This document shows positions 33,274 to 46,216 of a stretch of 64,000 bases of DNA, in pieces; the stretch's first letter is position 1, and every line of letters starts with the position of its first letter. The notes below the pieces were generated by a model, which did not search any database, was not told where the DNA came from, and saw nothing but the letters and a program-made list of their open reading frames with translations. The stretch lies in NCBI RefSeq assembly GCF_013315695.1, contig NZ_CP054353.1; one strand, 5' to 3'. The DNA is from Escherichia coli (GTDB lineage Bacteria; Pseudomonadota; Gammaproteobacteria; Enterobacterales; Enterobacteriaceae). The position numbers and the translations under genes are program-made.

Positions 33274-35568
33274 TCAGAGCGCCTGGGTAAAGGTACGTGA
33301 AATAACATCCTGCTGCTGTTCACGGGTCAGTGCGTTGAAGCGCACGGCGTAGCCAGAGACACGGATTGTCAGGTTAGGATATTTTTCCGGGTGCTCGATG
33401 GCATCCAGCAGCATTTCCCTATTCATTACGTTGACGTTGAGGTGTTGACCGCCTTCGACATCCGCTTCGTGGTGGAAATACCCATCCAGCAGGCCGACAA
33501 GGTTGGTTTTACGTACTGGATCTTCTTTGCCCAGCGCCGCCGGGACAATTGAGAAGGTGTACGAGATCCCGTCTTTGGCGTAGGTGAACGGCAGTTTCGC
33601 CACCGACGTCAGCGAGGCTACCGCACCTTTGCGGTCACGACCGTGCATCGGGTTAGCGCCCGGTGCGAACGGTGTACCCGCGCGACGACCGTCTGGCGTG
33701 TTACCGGTTTTCTGGCCGTACACCACGTTAGAAGTGATAGTCAGAATCGACTGGGTAGGGACGGCGTTGCGATAGGTTGGCAGCGCTTTAATTTTCTTCA
33801 TAAAGCGTTCAACCAGATCGCAGGCAATACTGTCTACGCGCTCGTCGTTGTTGCCATACTGCGGATATTCACCGTCGATTTCGAAATCCACCGCCAGGCC
33901 GTTTTCGTCACGGATTGGTTTCACGCGGGCATATTTGATAGCGGACAGGGAGTCTGTTGCCACCGACAGGCCCGCGATGCCGCACGCCATGGTGCGATAG
34001 ACATCACGATCGTGCAGCGCCATCAGCGAAGCTTCGTAGCTGTACTTGTCGTGCATGTAGTGAATGATATTCAGCGCGCTGATGTACTGCACCGCCAGCC
34101 AGTCCATGAAGTGATCGAGACTGTCCATCACTTTGTCGTAATCCAGCACGTCGTCCATCAGCGGTGCCGTTTTCGGACCGACCTGAATCTTCAGCTTCTC
34201 ATCCACCCCGCCGTTAATTGCGTACAGCAGCGTTTTCGCCAGGTTAGCGCGTGCACCAAAGAACTGCATTTGCTTACCAATCACCATTGGGCTGACGCAG
34301 CAGGCAATCGCGTAATCGTCGCTGTTGAAGTCAGTACGCATCAGATCGTCGTTTTCATACTGCAAGGAAGAGGTGACGATTGACACCTGCGCGGCATATT
34401 TTTTGAAGGCAATCGGTAATTCTTCCGACCAAAGAATGGTCAGGTTAGGTTCCGGTGCAGGCCCCATAGTGTGCAGGGTGTGCAAATAGCGGAAGGAGTT
34501 TTTGGTCACCAGTGTACGACCGTCCAGCCCCATCCCGCCGATCACTTCCGTCGCCCAGATTGGGTCGCCGGAGAACAGCGAATCAAATTCCGGTGTACGC
34601 AGGAAGCGTACCATACGGATCTTCATGATGAAGTGATCGATCAGTTCCTGTGCCTGCTGCTCATTGAGGACGCCAGCTTTAAAGTCGCGCTCAATGTAGA
34701 TATCGAGGAACGATGCCGTGCGCCCCAGCGACATCGCGCCGCCATTTTGCGATTTCACTGCCGCCAGATAAGCGAAGTAGAGCCACTGCACCGCTTCCTG
34801 TGCATTCTGCGCCGGGCGAGAGATATCAAAGCCATATTTCGCCGCCATTTCCTGAATCTGCAACAGCGCATGACGATGCTCTGCCAGCTCCTCACGCAGA
34901 CGGATGGTGGCTTCCAGATCCTCGCCTTTTTCCAGACGGGACTGGAGATCGGCAAATTGCAGTTCGCGTTCACGCACCAGATAACTGATGCCATATAGCG
35001 CCACGCGGCGATAGTCACCGATAATGCGCCCACGACCATAGCCATCTGGTAAACCGGTCAGCACGCCAGATTTACGGCAGCGCAGCATATCCGGTGAGTA
35101 AACATCAAATACGCCCTGGTTATGGGTTTTACGCAGATCGGTAAACAGATATTCAAATTCACTGTCCATTTCACGACCATAGGCGTGGAATGAACTTTTA
35201 ATCATATTAATGCCACCGAACGGATGCAGCGCACGCTTTAATGGCGCATCCGTTTGCAGGCCCACTATTTTTTCCAGCGGCTGGTTAATATATCCCGCAT
35301 CATGAGCGGTAATGGTGGTAGCAATATTAGTATCGAAATCAACCGGCGCGTGGGTTGCGTTTTCGATACGAATGCCTTCCATCACTTTTTCCCACAATTC
35401 CGTGGTGGCTGGCGTCGCTTCGGCGAGGAAAGATTCATCGCCTTCATACGGTGTATAGTTATGTTGAATAAAATCGCGGACATTAATTTCGTTTTTCCAG
35501 TCCGTACCTTTAAAGCCAAGCCATGCGTCGGCGTACAGCTTATCGCTGGTATCAATATCTACCTTCAT
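33274..35568 (-). CDS. tdcE: 2-ketobutyrate/pyruvate formate-lyase (glycyl radical enzyme)
   Basis: 764-aa ORF with C-terminal glycyl-radical motif (RVSGYAVRF). Confidence 0.9.
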   Translation of the reverse strand: MKVDIDTSDKLYADAWLGFKGTDWKNEINVRDFIQHNYTPYEGDESFLAEATPATTELWEKVMEGIRIENATHAPVDFDTNIATTITAHDAGYINQPLEKIVGLQTDAPLKRALHPFGGINMIKSSFHAYGREMDSEFEYLFTDLRKTHNQGVFDVYSPDMLRCRKSGVLTGLPDGYGRGRIIGDYRRVALYGISYLVRERELQFADLQSRLEKGEDLEATIRLREELAEHRHALLQIQEMAAKYGFDISRPAQNAQEAVQWLYFAYLAAVKSQNGGAMSLGRTASFLDIYIERDFKAGVLNEQQAQELIDHFIMKIRMVRFLRTPEFDSLFSGDPIWATEVIGGMGLDGRTLVTKNSFRYLHTLHTMGPAPEPNLTILWSEELPIAFKKYAAQVSIVTSSLQYENDDLMRTDFNSDDYAIACCVSPMVIGKQMQFFGARANLAKTLLYAINGGVDEKLKIQVGPKTAPLMDDVLDYDKVMDSLDHFMDWLAVQYISALNIIHYMHDKYSYEASLMALHDRDVYRTMACGIAGLSVATDSLSAIKYARVKPIRDENGLAVDFEIDGEYPQYGNNDERVDSIACDLVERFMKKIKALPTYRNAVPTQSILTITSNVVYGQKTGNTPDGRRAGTPFAPGANPMHGRDRKGAVASLTSVAKLPFTYAKDGISYTFSIVPAALGKEDPVRKTNLVGLLDGYFHHEADVEGGQHLNVNVMNREMLLDAIEHPEKYPNLTIRVSGYAVRFNALTREQQQDVISRTFTQAL

Positions 35569-35601
35569 GAAAAATAATCTCTCTACAATACTTCAACTAA
35601 A

Positions 35602-36810
35602 TTATGCAAATTCTGCGGGCGCGTTAACTTTGCCTAAATGAATGGCATCCAAAGCAATCATTTTTTCTTCGTTAGTCGGAATAACGGCGCAAATGACACG
35701 CGCATTTTCACTGGAAACAATTCGCTCTCCACAGGAGTTAGAGCGATTATTCATTTCTGTATCAATCTCTACGCCTAATACAGCCAAATGTTCCATGACC
35801 AGACGACGAATTAAACTTGAATTCTCTCCTATTCCGCCGGTGAATATAATTCCATCCAGGCGACGTAATGAAGCTGCGTGTCCGGCAATATGACGGGCAA
35901 TTCGGTGAACAAAGGTTTTAATTGCCAGTTGCGCGCGTTCGTGACCTTCATGCCAGGCTTTTTCCAGAACACGTAAATCCGAAGAAAGACCGGAAATACC
36001 TAATAATCCCGACTCTTTATTCACTACGCGTTCCAGGTCACCCAGGCTCTGGTTGGTTTGGCTGGCGACCCAGGACATCGCACCAAAGTCGACATCGCCA
36101 CTGCGGGTACCCATCATCAAGCCTTCCAGCGGCGTCATTCCCATTGAGGTATCAACACTCTGACCGTTGCGAACCGCGCAGATTGACGCGCCATTGCCAA
36201 GATGCGCCACAACCAGGCCGGAGTCATCTTCTGCCAGATTCAGCAGAGAATGCGCGCGCTGGGAAACATAGCGGTGCGACGTGCCGTGGAAACCATAACG
36301 GCGTACACCTAACTCTTCATAATATTTCCACGGCAGGCCGTATAAATAAGCTTCCGGAGCCATCGTCTGGTGGAAACTGGTATCAAATACCGCCACCTGA
36401 GTTACGCCCGGGAATAATTGCTGCGCCGATTCAATACCACTTAAATTGGCGTAATTATGCAGGGGTGCCAGTGGAGAAACGCGACGGATATTATCAATGA
36501 CTTCATCGGTAATAATGGCGGACTCGGTAAAAATACTGCCGCCGTGAGCGATGCGGTGGCCAATTAAGGCCACATTGTCATTTAAATTCCGTTTTTCCAG
36601 TTCAAATGCAATTGCCTTCAATGCACCTTCGTAGCTGTGGTGAGCCAGCGGTGCTGGCTCTCCCCCATTTACGGATAAGAATGCATTTTCCGAGTTAATA
36701 CCGTCGGCAATACCTGACATTAATACTTCACAGTCGCTGGCATTGAGTACGGAAAACTTAATCGAAGACGAACCACAGTTAATAACCAAAACAACCGGAA
36801 ATTCATTCAT
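35602..36810 (-). CDS. tdcD: Propionate/acetate kinase
   Basis: ORF 35602..36822; start [18 protein letters not shown] gives 402 aa. Confidence 0.9.
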   Translation of the reverse strand: MNEFPVVLVINCGSSSIKFSVLNASDCEVLMSGIADGINSENAFLSVNGGEPAPLAHHSYEGALKAIAFELEKRNLNDNVALIGHRIAHGGSIFTESAIITDEVIDNIRRVSPLAPLHNYANLSGIESAQQLFPGVTQVAVFDTSFHQTMAPEAYLYGLPWKYYEELGVRRYGFHGTSHRYVSQRAHSLLNLAEDDSGLVVAHLGNGASICAVRNGQSVDTSMGMTPLEGLMMGTRSGDVDFGAMSWVASQTNQSLGDLERVVNKESGLLGISGLSSDLRVLEKAWHEGHERAQLAIKTFVHRIARHIAGHAASLRRLDGIIFTGGIGENSSLIRRLVMEHLAVLGVEIDTEMNNRSNSCGERIVSSENARVICAVIPTNEEKMIALDAIHLGKVNAPAEFA

Positions 36811-36835
36811 CTCTTTTCTCATCCTGAGTTACGGA

Positions 36836-38170
<1,335 letters not shown>

Positions 38171-38188
38171 CTATCCTCAACGAATTAA

Positions 38189-39178
38189 TTAAGCGTCAAC
38201 GAAACCGGTGATTTGAGAGACGCGAGAAAGATCGATATTGCCGCCGGAAATAATACTGACGGTTTTTCTGTTTTGAATATATTGGTCTAATTTACCGCTT
38301 AATAATGCAGCACATGCCAGAGCGCCTGCGCCTTCGGTGACGACTTTATTGCGCTGAATTAAGGCAATCATACTGTTTCTGATTTCGTCTTCGCTGACCA
38401 GCACGATGTCATCGACTAATTCACGAACGATTTCGTAAGTTAAATTACCCGGGCGGGAGACATCACAACCATCCGCCAGGGTGCCGGTAGTTCGGTGCGT
38501 GGTTATTTCTCCGGAGTGGAAAGAAGCCGCCATGCCGTGAACGTTTTCAGACTGTACGCCAATAACACGAATGGTCGGGTTAATAGATTTAATTGCCACC
38601 GCAATACCAGCAATTAAACCGCCACCACCAATTGGCACAATCACGTTATCGACATCATAGAGATCTTCCATAATTTCCAGACCAATCGTTCCCTGGCCAG
38701 CAATCACTTTCGGATCATCATAAGGTGGGATAAAAATACGGCCTTCCATTTCGACAATTTCGCTCACTTTAGCGATAGTGTCGTTGAAGTTATCACCATG
38801 CAGAACGACTTCTGCGGAGTAGTCGCACGTTGCCGCTACTTTGGATTTTGGCGCACCTTTTGGCATCACCACTTTACCGTCGATGCCCAGCATCGCGCAG
38901 GAGAGGGAAACCCCTTGCGCATGGTTGCCCGCAGAACAGGCCACCACGCCTTTGCGTTTTTCCGCATCGGTCAGTGAACTTAATTTATTAAATGCGCCAC
39001 GAATTTTAAATGAACCCGTACGCTGCATATTTTCAAACTTCAGGAATATTTCACCTTTGCAACGTTCACTAAAATAGTTGGAGCGAGGCATGCCTGTTTT
39101 ATAAATTCGCCCAGCCAGTCGTTGTTTCGCTTCAATAATGTCATCAATAGCAACCGGCAGATCGTATGTAATATGCAT
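38189..39178 (-). CDS. tdcB: Catabolic threonine dehydratase (PLP)
   Basis: 329-aa ORF with PLP-lysine region (SFKIRGA). Confidence 0.9.
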
Positions 39179-39276
39179 TATAAAACCTCTTCGCCTGAAT
39201 TAAATATGTAGGTAACCGTAACCGACACCTGCAAGACAGACAGGTGGATTATTTATGTTTAAATAAAAACAAATAA

Positions 39277-40215
39277 CTAACCAACTTCTATTAATTGCCT
39301 TCGTCTACACCCATTATAAGATGAATACTCTTTGGCTAATTCCACCAAAACCGATGCTGCTTTTTTAATACGATAATTTTTCGACCATACCGCGGCATAT
39401 TGTGCCACAGGTAATGTTTCTTCAACCGGAATAGTAATAAATTGATTTGAACCAAAAGGTGATGTCATATCACAAGGAATTACAGTTAAGAAATCAGCAT
39501 TGAGAACAAGATTATAAATTGTCACGACTGAGTCGGTTTTAACGATGTTTTCAATACTGATGCCATTTCTTTGTAACGTAGTAAGTAGCTCGCTGTAGTA
39601 CCCCATATTGGTTTGTGGCAACACCCACTGTTCGTTCTTCAACGACTCCAGCGTGGTGGTGCCGGTGCATGTTCGGGACTTACTGGCTACCAGCACAAAC
39701 TCGGACTCGAACAGCGGCTCAACATGTAAATCCTGAAGCTTCATTTCTGCACTTAACGTACCAATCGCAAAATCCAGTCGACCGTCGCGGATTGCCGGTA
39801 AGAACGAAGACAGTTGCGCTTCATACATAGAAACCTGCGCTTTCGGGAACACCTCTTTGAACTTGTTGATCATCCCTGACATAAAAGTAAAACCAATCAA
39901 TGAAGGAAAACCAAATGAGACTTCCACCACCGCCTCAGCAGACATACCGCTTATCTCATTAACCATATTTTTCATTTCACGGGTAATGGATTCGGAACGA
40001 GAGAGTAACAATTGACCGGCAGGTGTTAATGTTACACCGGTATTTTTCCGCACCACTAATTCCACACCAAAATAATCTTCAATATCGTTAATGATTTTAC
40101 TGACGGCCGGTTGAGTTAACCCTAATTCTTTTGCAGCCGAGCCGATAGAACCACTTCTAATGACTTCCTGAAAGACTACCAGGTGCTGCGTTTTCGGAAG
40201 AAGAATAGTGCTCAT
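39277..40215 (-). CDS. tdcA: LysR-type activator of the tdc operon
   Basis: 312-aa ORF, first gene of the tdcABCDEFG operon. Confidence 0.9.
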   Translation of the reverse strand: MSTILLPKTQHLVVFQEVIRSGSIGSAAKELGLTQPAVSKIINDIEDYFGVELVVRKNTGVTLTPAGQLLLSRSESITREMKNMVNEISGMSAEAVVEVSFGFPSLIGFTFMSGMINKFKEVFPKAQVSMYEAQLSSFLPAIRDGRLDFAIGTLSAEMKLQDLHVEPLFESEFVLVASKSRTCTGTTTLESLKNEQWVLPQTNMGYYSELLTTLQRNGISIENIVKTDSVVTIYNLVLNADFLTVIPCDMTSPFGSNQFITIPVEETLPVAQYAAVWSKNYRIKKAASVLVELAKEYSSYNGCRRRQLIEVG

Positions 40216-40403
40216 AACGACCTACGTTAATTACCTCATTGACGGCATGAAGTGTATCAAAATGAAATGAACAGGATATGTGCGACCACTCACAAATTAA
40301 CTTTCAATACTTTCCAGGGTATCGTTATTTAAATTAAATATCTTTATATATCAATAAGTTAAAGTATAAAAATCAGCATAAACCCTGATTTTTGTCAAAA
40401 AAA
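40216..40403. promoter_or_regulatory. tdcA / tdcR divergent AT-rich promoter region
   Basis: AT-rich spacer between divergent tdcA and tdcR; individual CRP/IHF/TdcA sites not resolved by eye. Confidence 0.4.
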
Positions 40404-40748
40404 ATGACGGGGATAACCATATTTTATGGCGATAACATCATTCGTTATGTGGTTAATACAAAAAAGGGGCTGAGGCCATATTTCAAGCAATTACCGGATA
40501 ATTACCAGGCAAAATTTGAGTTAAATTTAATGAGCAAGTTCTCAAATTTTATTATAAATAAACCATTTTCAGCGATAAATAATGCGGCACGTCACATTTT
40601 TTCACGCTATTTGTTGGAGAACAAACATTTATTTTATCAATATTTTAAAATTTCGAATACATGTATTGATCATCTCGAACAATTGATTAACGTCAACTTT
40701 TTCTCTTCTAACAGGACGTCATTTTGTGAATGCAATCGTTTTCCATAA
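40404..40748 (+). CDS. tdcR: tdc operon regulator TdcR
   Basis: ORF 40392..40748, AT-rich; start chosen at MTGITIFYG; true start uncertain. Confidence 0.55.
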   Translation: MTGITIFYGDNIIRYVVNTKKGLRPYFKQLPDNYQAKFELNLMSKFSNFIINKPFSAINNAARHIFSRYLLENKHLFYQYFKISNTCIDHLEQLINVNFFSSNRTSFCECNRFP

Positions 40749-41003
40749 ATTCCTCTCCCCTCATAGGCGACGAATAGCATTTTGTGTTGAGGATCACAAA
40801 ACGAATAATTGCTGGTCGCCGCGATAAGGTCAGCCAAAGACAACAAGGGGAATTTTCACAGAGCTTTTGATCGGCGTAGGCCACAGAATGTTGCTTCGTT
40901 TACTGTAATGCCGGGTAAATGAGCGTTTTTTGATAGTGCGAAAGAACCCTGCGAGGAAAATAAGCATCTATTATTGTTTGTCATGATGACAAGGCAGGCA
41001 TCA

Positions 41004-41543
41004 ATGAAAGGCTTCCCAATTGCACATATTTTTCACCCTTCAATCCCGCCAATGCACGCAGTGGTTAACAATCACAACAGAAATATTGATTATTGGACGG
41101 TAAAAAGAAAGTTTGCAGAAATTGTCTCCACCAATGACGTTAATAAAATATACAGTATAAGTAATGAACTGCGGAGAGTATTATCTGCAATTACTGCATT
41201 GAATTTCTATCAAGGCGATGTTCCTTCTGTCATGATTCGAATCCAACCGGAAAATATGAGTCCATTCATCATAGATATTTCTACAGGAGAACATGACGAT
41301 TATATCATACAAACATTAGATGTAGGCACTTTTGCACCTTTTGGCGAACAATGTACTTGCTCAGCCGTCAATAAAAAAGAGCTGGAGTGTATTAAGGAGA
41401 CGATTTCTAAGTATTGTGCAAAATTCACCCGAAAAGAAGCCATCTTACCCCCCCCTACGTATTTTAATAAAACATCCATTCCTTCAGATTGTTGGCAAAT
41501 TCTCTTTTTTTCACCCGATCATTTTAATAATGATTTTTATTGA
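41004..41543 (+). CDS. yhaB: Uncharacterised protein YhaB
   Basis: ORF 40974..41543, AT-rich; start at MKGFPIAHIF gives 179 aa; start uncertain. Confidence 0.6.
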   Translation: MKGFPIAHIFHPSIPPMHAVVNNHNRNIDYWTVKRKFAEIVSTNDVNKIYSISNELRRVLSAITALNFYQGDVPSVMIRIQPENMSPFIIDISTGEHDDYIIQTLDVGTFAPFGEQCTCSAVNKKELECIKETISKYCAKFTRKEAILPPPTYFNKTSIPSDCWQILFFSPDHFNNDFY

Positions 41544-41564
41544 TTATTTATAAAGGATAAAATA

Positions 41565-42740
41565 ATGTCCCCTGTTTCATCAATTGGTAATGATATTAGT
41601 AGTGATTTAGCCCGTCGAAAAATGAATGACCTTCCTGAAAGCCCCATAGGAAATAACCTCGAAGCACTAGCACCAGGCATAGAAAAACTAAAACAGACCT
41701 CTATTGAAATGGTCACTTTACTTAACGCGTTACAACCAGGTGGGAAATGCATTATCACTGGTGATTTTCAAAAAGAATTAGCGTACTTACAAAATGTAAT
41801 TCTTTATAATGATTCGTCTCTTCGTATGGATTTTTTTGGTTATAACGCCCGAATTATTCAACGATCAGACAATACCTGTGAACTTACAATTAATGAACCG
41901 TTAAAAAACCAGGAAATATCCACAGGCAATATCAATGTTAATTGCCCATTGAAAGACATTTACAATGAAATCAGGAGGTTGAACGTAATCTTTAGTTGTG
42001 GGACTGGAGGTATAGTTGATCTATCCTCTCTGGACTTACGGAATGTCGATTTAGAACTTTATGATTTTACAGATAAACATATGGCCAATACAATTTTAAA
42101 TCCTTTTAAATTGGATGACACAGATTTTACTAATGCCAACATGTTTCAGGTAAATTTCGTTAGTTCAAAACAAAACGCCACAATCTCATGGGATTATTTA
42201 CTAAAAATAACGCCTGTTATAACAAGCATTAACGATATGTATTCTGAAGAAAAAATTAAGCTTGTCGAAAGTTGTTTAAATGCGCTTGGAGATATTACCG
42301 AAGAACAATTAAAAATCATGAGACTTGCAATTATAGAATCTATACCAAGAGCAACTCTAACAGATCAATTAGAAAATGAATTAACAAAAGAAATATATAA
42401 AAGCTCATCGAAAATTAACAATTACTTGAACAGAATTAAATTACCAGAGATGAAAGGATTCTCATCAGAAAAAATAGATTATTACATCGATATAATCATT
42501 AAAGATTATGAAAGCGTCAAAGAAAATGCTTATCTAATCGTTCCAAAAATTAATTACAATACAGATTTAAACATAGAGGATTCTAGCTCAGAGGAATTCC
42601 TTTCAGATAATACACTAGAGAAAGACGAAAATTCTCATGACAATTGCTTTGAGGTCGTAAAATATAACACATATGAAGCTTATAACTCAGAGAAGCAATA
42701 TTTTACCAGAGAGGACTATACGTATGATTACGACCTTTAA
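41565..42740 (+). CDS. yhaC: Uncharacterised protein YhaC, with a short run of pentapeptide-like repeats
   Basis: 391-aa AT-rich ORF; repeat-like stretch LSSLDLRNVDLELYDFTD...LDDTDFTNANMFQVNF. Confidence 0.7.
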   Translation: MSPVSSIGNDISSDLARRKMNDLPESPIGNNLEALAPGIEKLKQTSIEMVTLLNALQPGGKCIITGDFQKELAYLQNVILYNDSSLRMDFFGYNARIIQRSDNTCELTINEPLKNQEISTGNINVNCPLKDIYNEIRRLNVIFSCGTGGIVDLSSLDLRNVDLELYDFTDKHMANTILNPFKLDDTDFTNANMFQVNFVSSKQNATISWDYLLKITPVITSINDMYSEEKIKLVESCLNALGDITEEQLKIMRLAIIESIPRATLTDQLENELTKEIYKSSSKINNYLNRIKLPEMKGFSSEKIDYYIDIIIKDYESVKENAYLIVPKINYNTDLNIEDSSSEEFLSDNTLEKDENSHDNCFEVVKYNTYEAYNSEKQYFTREDYTYDYDL

Positions 42741-42827
42741 AATGCAATATAGACTTAATAATTTCTTACAAAGTCTATTATTAATACCGTAGATATTTAT
42801 TCATCTTACACTATGCTCCAAAAAGCA

Positions 42828-42850
42828 AAAACCCGCCGAAGCGGGTTTTT
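42828..42850. terminator. Bidirectional rho-independent terminator (yhaC on plus, rnpB on minus)
   Basis: AAACCCGC-CGAA-GCGGGTTT perfect hairpin flanked by T-run on plus and A-run (T-run on minus). Confidence 0.7.
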
Positions 42851-42859
42851 ACGTAAAAC

Positions 42860-43236
<377 letters not shown>

Positions 43237-43268
43237 GGCGCGCAGTATAGAGTGTTTGCACGCCCTTG

Positions 43269-44414
43269 TCACCCCGCGTTGCGCATTCCAATCGCCAGTG
43301 TCGCGGCGATATTACGTGAAGCACGGTAAATATTGTCATAAGCCCCGCGGAATGCTTCGTCCAACGTACCAATACTGGTCAATACGCTGAAGACCGCATC
43401 AATGCCATGCTGATGTACAACGCCAACATCATTGGTCAGGCTACCCGCAATGCCAATCACCGGTTTATGGTACTTTTTCGCCACGTTTGCGACGCCAATC
43501 GGAACCTTGCCGTGTATACTCTGGCTGTCAATACGCCCTTCACCGGTGATCACCAGCGTACAATCGTGAATATGTTCCTCCAGATTCAGCGCCGTAGTGA
43601 CGATTTCAATACCGCTTTTCAGTTCCGCACCAAGAAACGCCATTAGCGCCGCGCCCATACCACCCGCAGCTCCTGCGCCGGGGACATCTTTCACATCAAC
43701 ATGCAGCGCTTTTTTAATGACATCGGCATAGTGAGAGAGGTTATTGTCCAGCTCAACAATCATCGCTTCACTGGCTCCCTTTTGTGGGCCAAAGATGCGC
43801 GATGCGCCGTTATCACCCACCAGCGGATTGGTGACATCACAAGCGACGCGAATGACGCAATCTTTTAAGCGCGGATCGAGGCCGGAAATATCAATATCAT
43901 TCAGAGTATTAAGACTACCGCCGCCAAAACCAATTTCATTGCCGTTGGCGTCGCATAATTTCGCCCCCAGCGCCTGTACCATGCCTGCACCGCCATCATT
44001 TGTAGCGCTACCGCCAATGCCGATAATAATGTTTGTCGCGCCGCTCTCCAGCGCCTGCAGAATTAACTCGCCTGTGCCGCGTGAAGTGGTCACGAGTGGA
44101 TCACGTTTTTCCGCAGGTACCAGCTCCAGCCCACTGGCCGCCGCCATTTCAATAAACGCGGTTTTGCCATCGCCGGAGATCCCCCAACTGGCATTCACCT
44201 TCTCGCCCAGCGGCCCTGTAACCCAGGCGTGACGTTCGGAACCCTGGGTGGCTGCAATCATCGCTTCCACCGTTCCTTCGCCACCGTCGGCAACAGGAAC
44301 AGAAACGTACTGTGCATCAGGAAAAATTTCCCGAAATCCTTTTTCTATCGCCTGCGCAACCTCGCTGGCAGATAAACTTTCTTTATAAGAGTCTGGGGCG
44401 ATTACGATTTTCAT
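43269..44414 (-). CDS. garK: Glycerate 2-kinase
   Basis: ORF 43269..44495; conserved start MKIVIAPDSYKESLSA gives 381 aa. Confidence 0.9.
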   Translation of the reverse strand: MKIVIAPDSYKESLSASEVAQAIEKGFREIFPDAQYVSVPVADGGEGTVEAMIAATQGSERHAWVTGPLGEKVNASWGISGDGKTAFIEMAAASGLELVPAEKRDPLVTTSRGTGELILQALESGATNIIIGIGGSATNDGGAGMVQALGAKLCDANGNEIGFGGGSLNTLNDIDISGLDPRLKDCVIRVACDVTNPLVGDNGASRIFGPQKGASEAMIVELDNNLSHYADVIKKALHVDVKDVPGAGAAGGMGAALMAFLGAELKSGIEIVTTALNLEEHIHDCTLVITGEGRIDSQSIHGKVPIGVANVAKKYHKPVIGIAGSLTNDVGVVHQHGIDAVFSVLTSIGTLDEAFRGAYDNIYRASRNIAATLAIGMRNAG

Positions 44415-44510
44415 ACCTATGCCTGTTACCACATGACGCCGGAGGGCGTTTCTCTTATTCGGCCTGGATTCCAGGCCCGGATTGCAATACGCCATCCGGG
44501 CACGACGTCA

Positions 44511-45395
44511 TTAACGAGTAACTTCGACTTTCGCCAGTTTTTCGTAGTAGCACGCCAGGGCGCTATGATCTGCCGTTCCTAAACCATCTGCTCGCAGTGC
44601 CTGCATCATCTCCATAACCGCAGCTGTGAGCGGCAGTTGCGCGCCGACGCCGTGGGAAGTATCCAGCGCATTTGCCAGATCCTTAATATGCAGATCAATA
44701 CGGAAGCCCGGCTTGAAGTTGCGGTCCATCACCATCGGCGCTTTGGCATCCAGCACGGTACTGCCCGCCAGTCCACCGCGAATTGCCTGATACACCAAAT
44801 CCGGGTTAACGCCCGCTTTGGTTGCCAGCGTTAACGCTTCTGACATCGCGGCAATATTCAGCGCCACAATGACCTGATTCGCCAGTTTGGTAACGTTACC
44901 TGCACCAATTTCCCCGGTATGCACCACGGAACCCGCCATTGCTTTCATCAAATCATAGTATTTGTCGAAAATAGCCTTGTCGCCGCCCACCATCACTGAC
45001 AGTGTACCGTCGATAGCTTTCGGTTCACCGCCGCTCACCGGAGCATCCAGCATATCAATGCCTTTCGCTTTCAGCGCTTCGCTGATTTCACGGCTTGCCA
45101 GCGGTGCGATAGAACTCATATCGATCAATACCGTACCAGGCTTCGCGCCTTCAATAATGCCATTCTCACCCAGCGCCACCTCTTTCACATGAGGGGAGTT
45201 TGGCAGCATGGTTATGATGACGTCGCACTGTTCAGCGATCGCTTTAGCCGTAGAGGCTGTTTCTGCACCTGCAGCAATCACGTCAGCAATAGCTTCTGGG
45301 TTACGGTCAGCAACCACCAGCGAGTAACCTGCTTTCAGAAGGTTTTTACTCATTGGTTTACCCATAATCCCCAGGCCAATAAAACCAACTTTCAT
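44511..45395 (-). CDS. garR: Tartronate semialdehyde reductase
   Basis: ORF 44511..45410; start at MKVGFIGLGIMG (Rossmann fold) gives 294 aa; exact start plus or minus 2 codons. Confidence 0.85.
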   Translation of the reverse strand: MKVGFIGLGIMGKPMSKNLLKAGYSLVVADRNPEAIADVIAAGAETASTAKAIAEQCDVIITMLPNSPHVKEVALGENGIIEGAKPGTVLIDMSSIAPLASREISEALKAKGIDMLDAPVSGGEPKAIDGTLSVMVGGDKAIFDKYYDLMKAMAGSVVHTGEIGAGNVTKLANQVIVALNIAAMSEALTLATKAGVNPDLVYQAIRGGLAGSTVLDAKAPMVMDRNFKPGFRIDLHIKDLANALDTSHGVGAQLPLTAAVMEMMQALRADGLGTADHSALACYYEKLAKVEVTR

Positions 45396-45430
45396 AGTCA
45401 TATCAATCATCTCTCTTGTTGCGGTGGTGG

Positions 45431-46201
45431 TTATTTTTTAAAGGTATCAGCCAGTTTCTGAGTGGCAGAGCGGAAGACGCCGAGATCGCTGCCGACAGCC
45501 ACAAACGTCGCACCCCATTCCAGATAACGACGCGCATCGGCTTCGACCGGTGCGAGGATACCGCTGGGTTTGCCGTGCGCACTGGCACGGTTAAAAATAT
45601 GCTGAATTGCTTTTTGTACATCCGGGTGCGAGGCATTGCCGAGATGGCCGAATGCCGCAGCCAGATCGCTGGGGCCGACGAAGATACCGTCTACGCCTTC
45701 GGTAGCGGCAATGGCATCGACGTTATCTACGCCCTGCTGACTTTCTATCTGGACCAGAATGGTGATGTTCTTGTTCGACTGAGCGAAATAATCCGCCACG
45801 GTGCCAAACATATTGGCGCGGTGAGAAACGGAGACGCCGCGAATGCCTTCCGGTGGGTAACGGGTTGATGCCACCGCCTGCTCTGCTTCCTCTTTTGTTT
45901 CTACAAAAGGAATCAAGAAGTTATAGAAACCGATATCCAGAAGACGCTTTATAATTACCGGCTCGTTGGTCGGCACTCGCACTACTGGCGCGCTGGCGCT
46001 GCCTTTCAGGGCCATTAACTGCGGAATAAACGTGGAGATATCGTTTGGCGCATGTTCGCCATCCAGCACCAGCCAGTCAAACCCAGCCAAACCAAGAACT
46101 TCAGTGCTAATCGGGTTAGAGAGTGCTGACCAGCAACCAATTTGTACCTGTTTCGCAGCCAGTGCGGCTTTGAATTTATTCGGGAAAACATCGTTATTCA
46201 T
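45431..46201 (-). CDS. garL: 5-keto-4-deoxy-D-glucarate aldolase
   Basis: 256-aa ORF recognised as GarL. Confidence 0.9.
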   Translation of the reverse strand: MNNDVFPNKFKAALAAKQVQIGCWSALSNPISTEVLGLAGFDWLVLDGEHAPNDISTFIPQLMALKGSASAPVVRVPTNEPVIIKRLLDIGFYNFLIPFVETKEEAEQAVASTRYPPEGIRGVSVSHRANMFGTVADYFAQSNKNITILVQIESQQGVDNVDAIAATEGVDGIFVGPSDLAAAFGHLGNASHPDVQKAIQHIFNRASAHGKPSGILAPVEADARRYLEWGATFVAVGSDLGVFRSATQKLADTFKK

Positions 46202-46216
46202 CGCTTATACCTTTGC

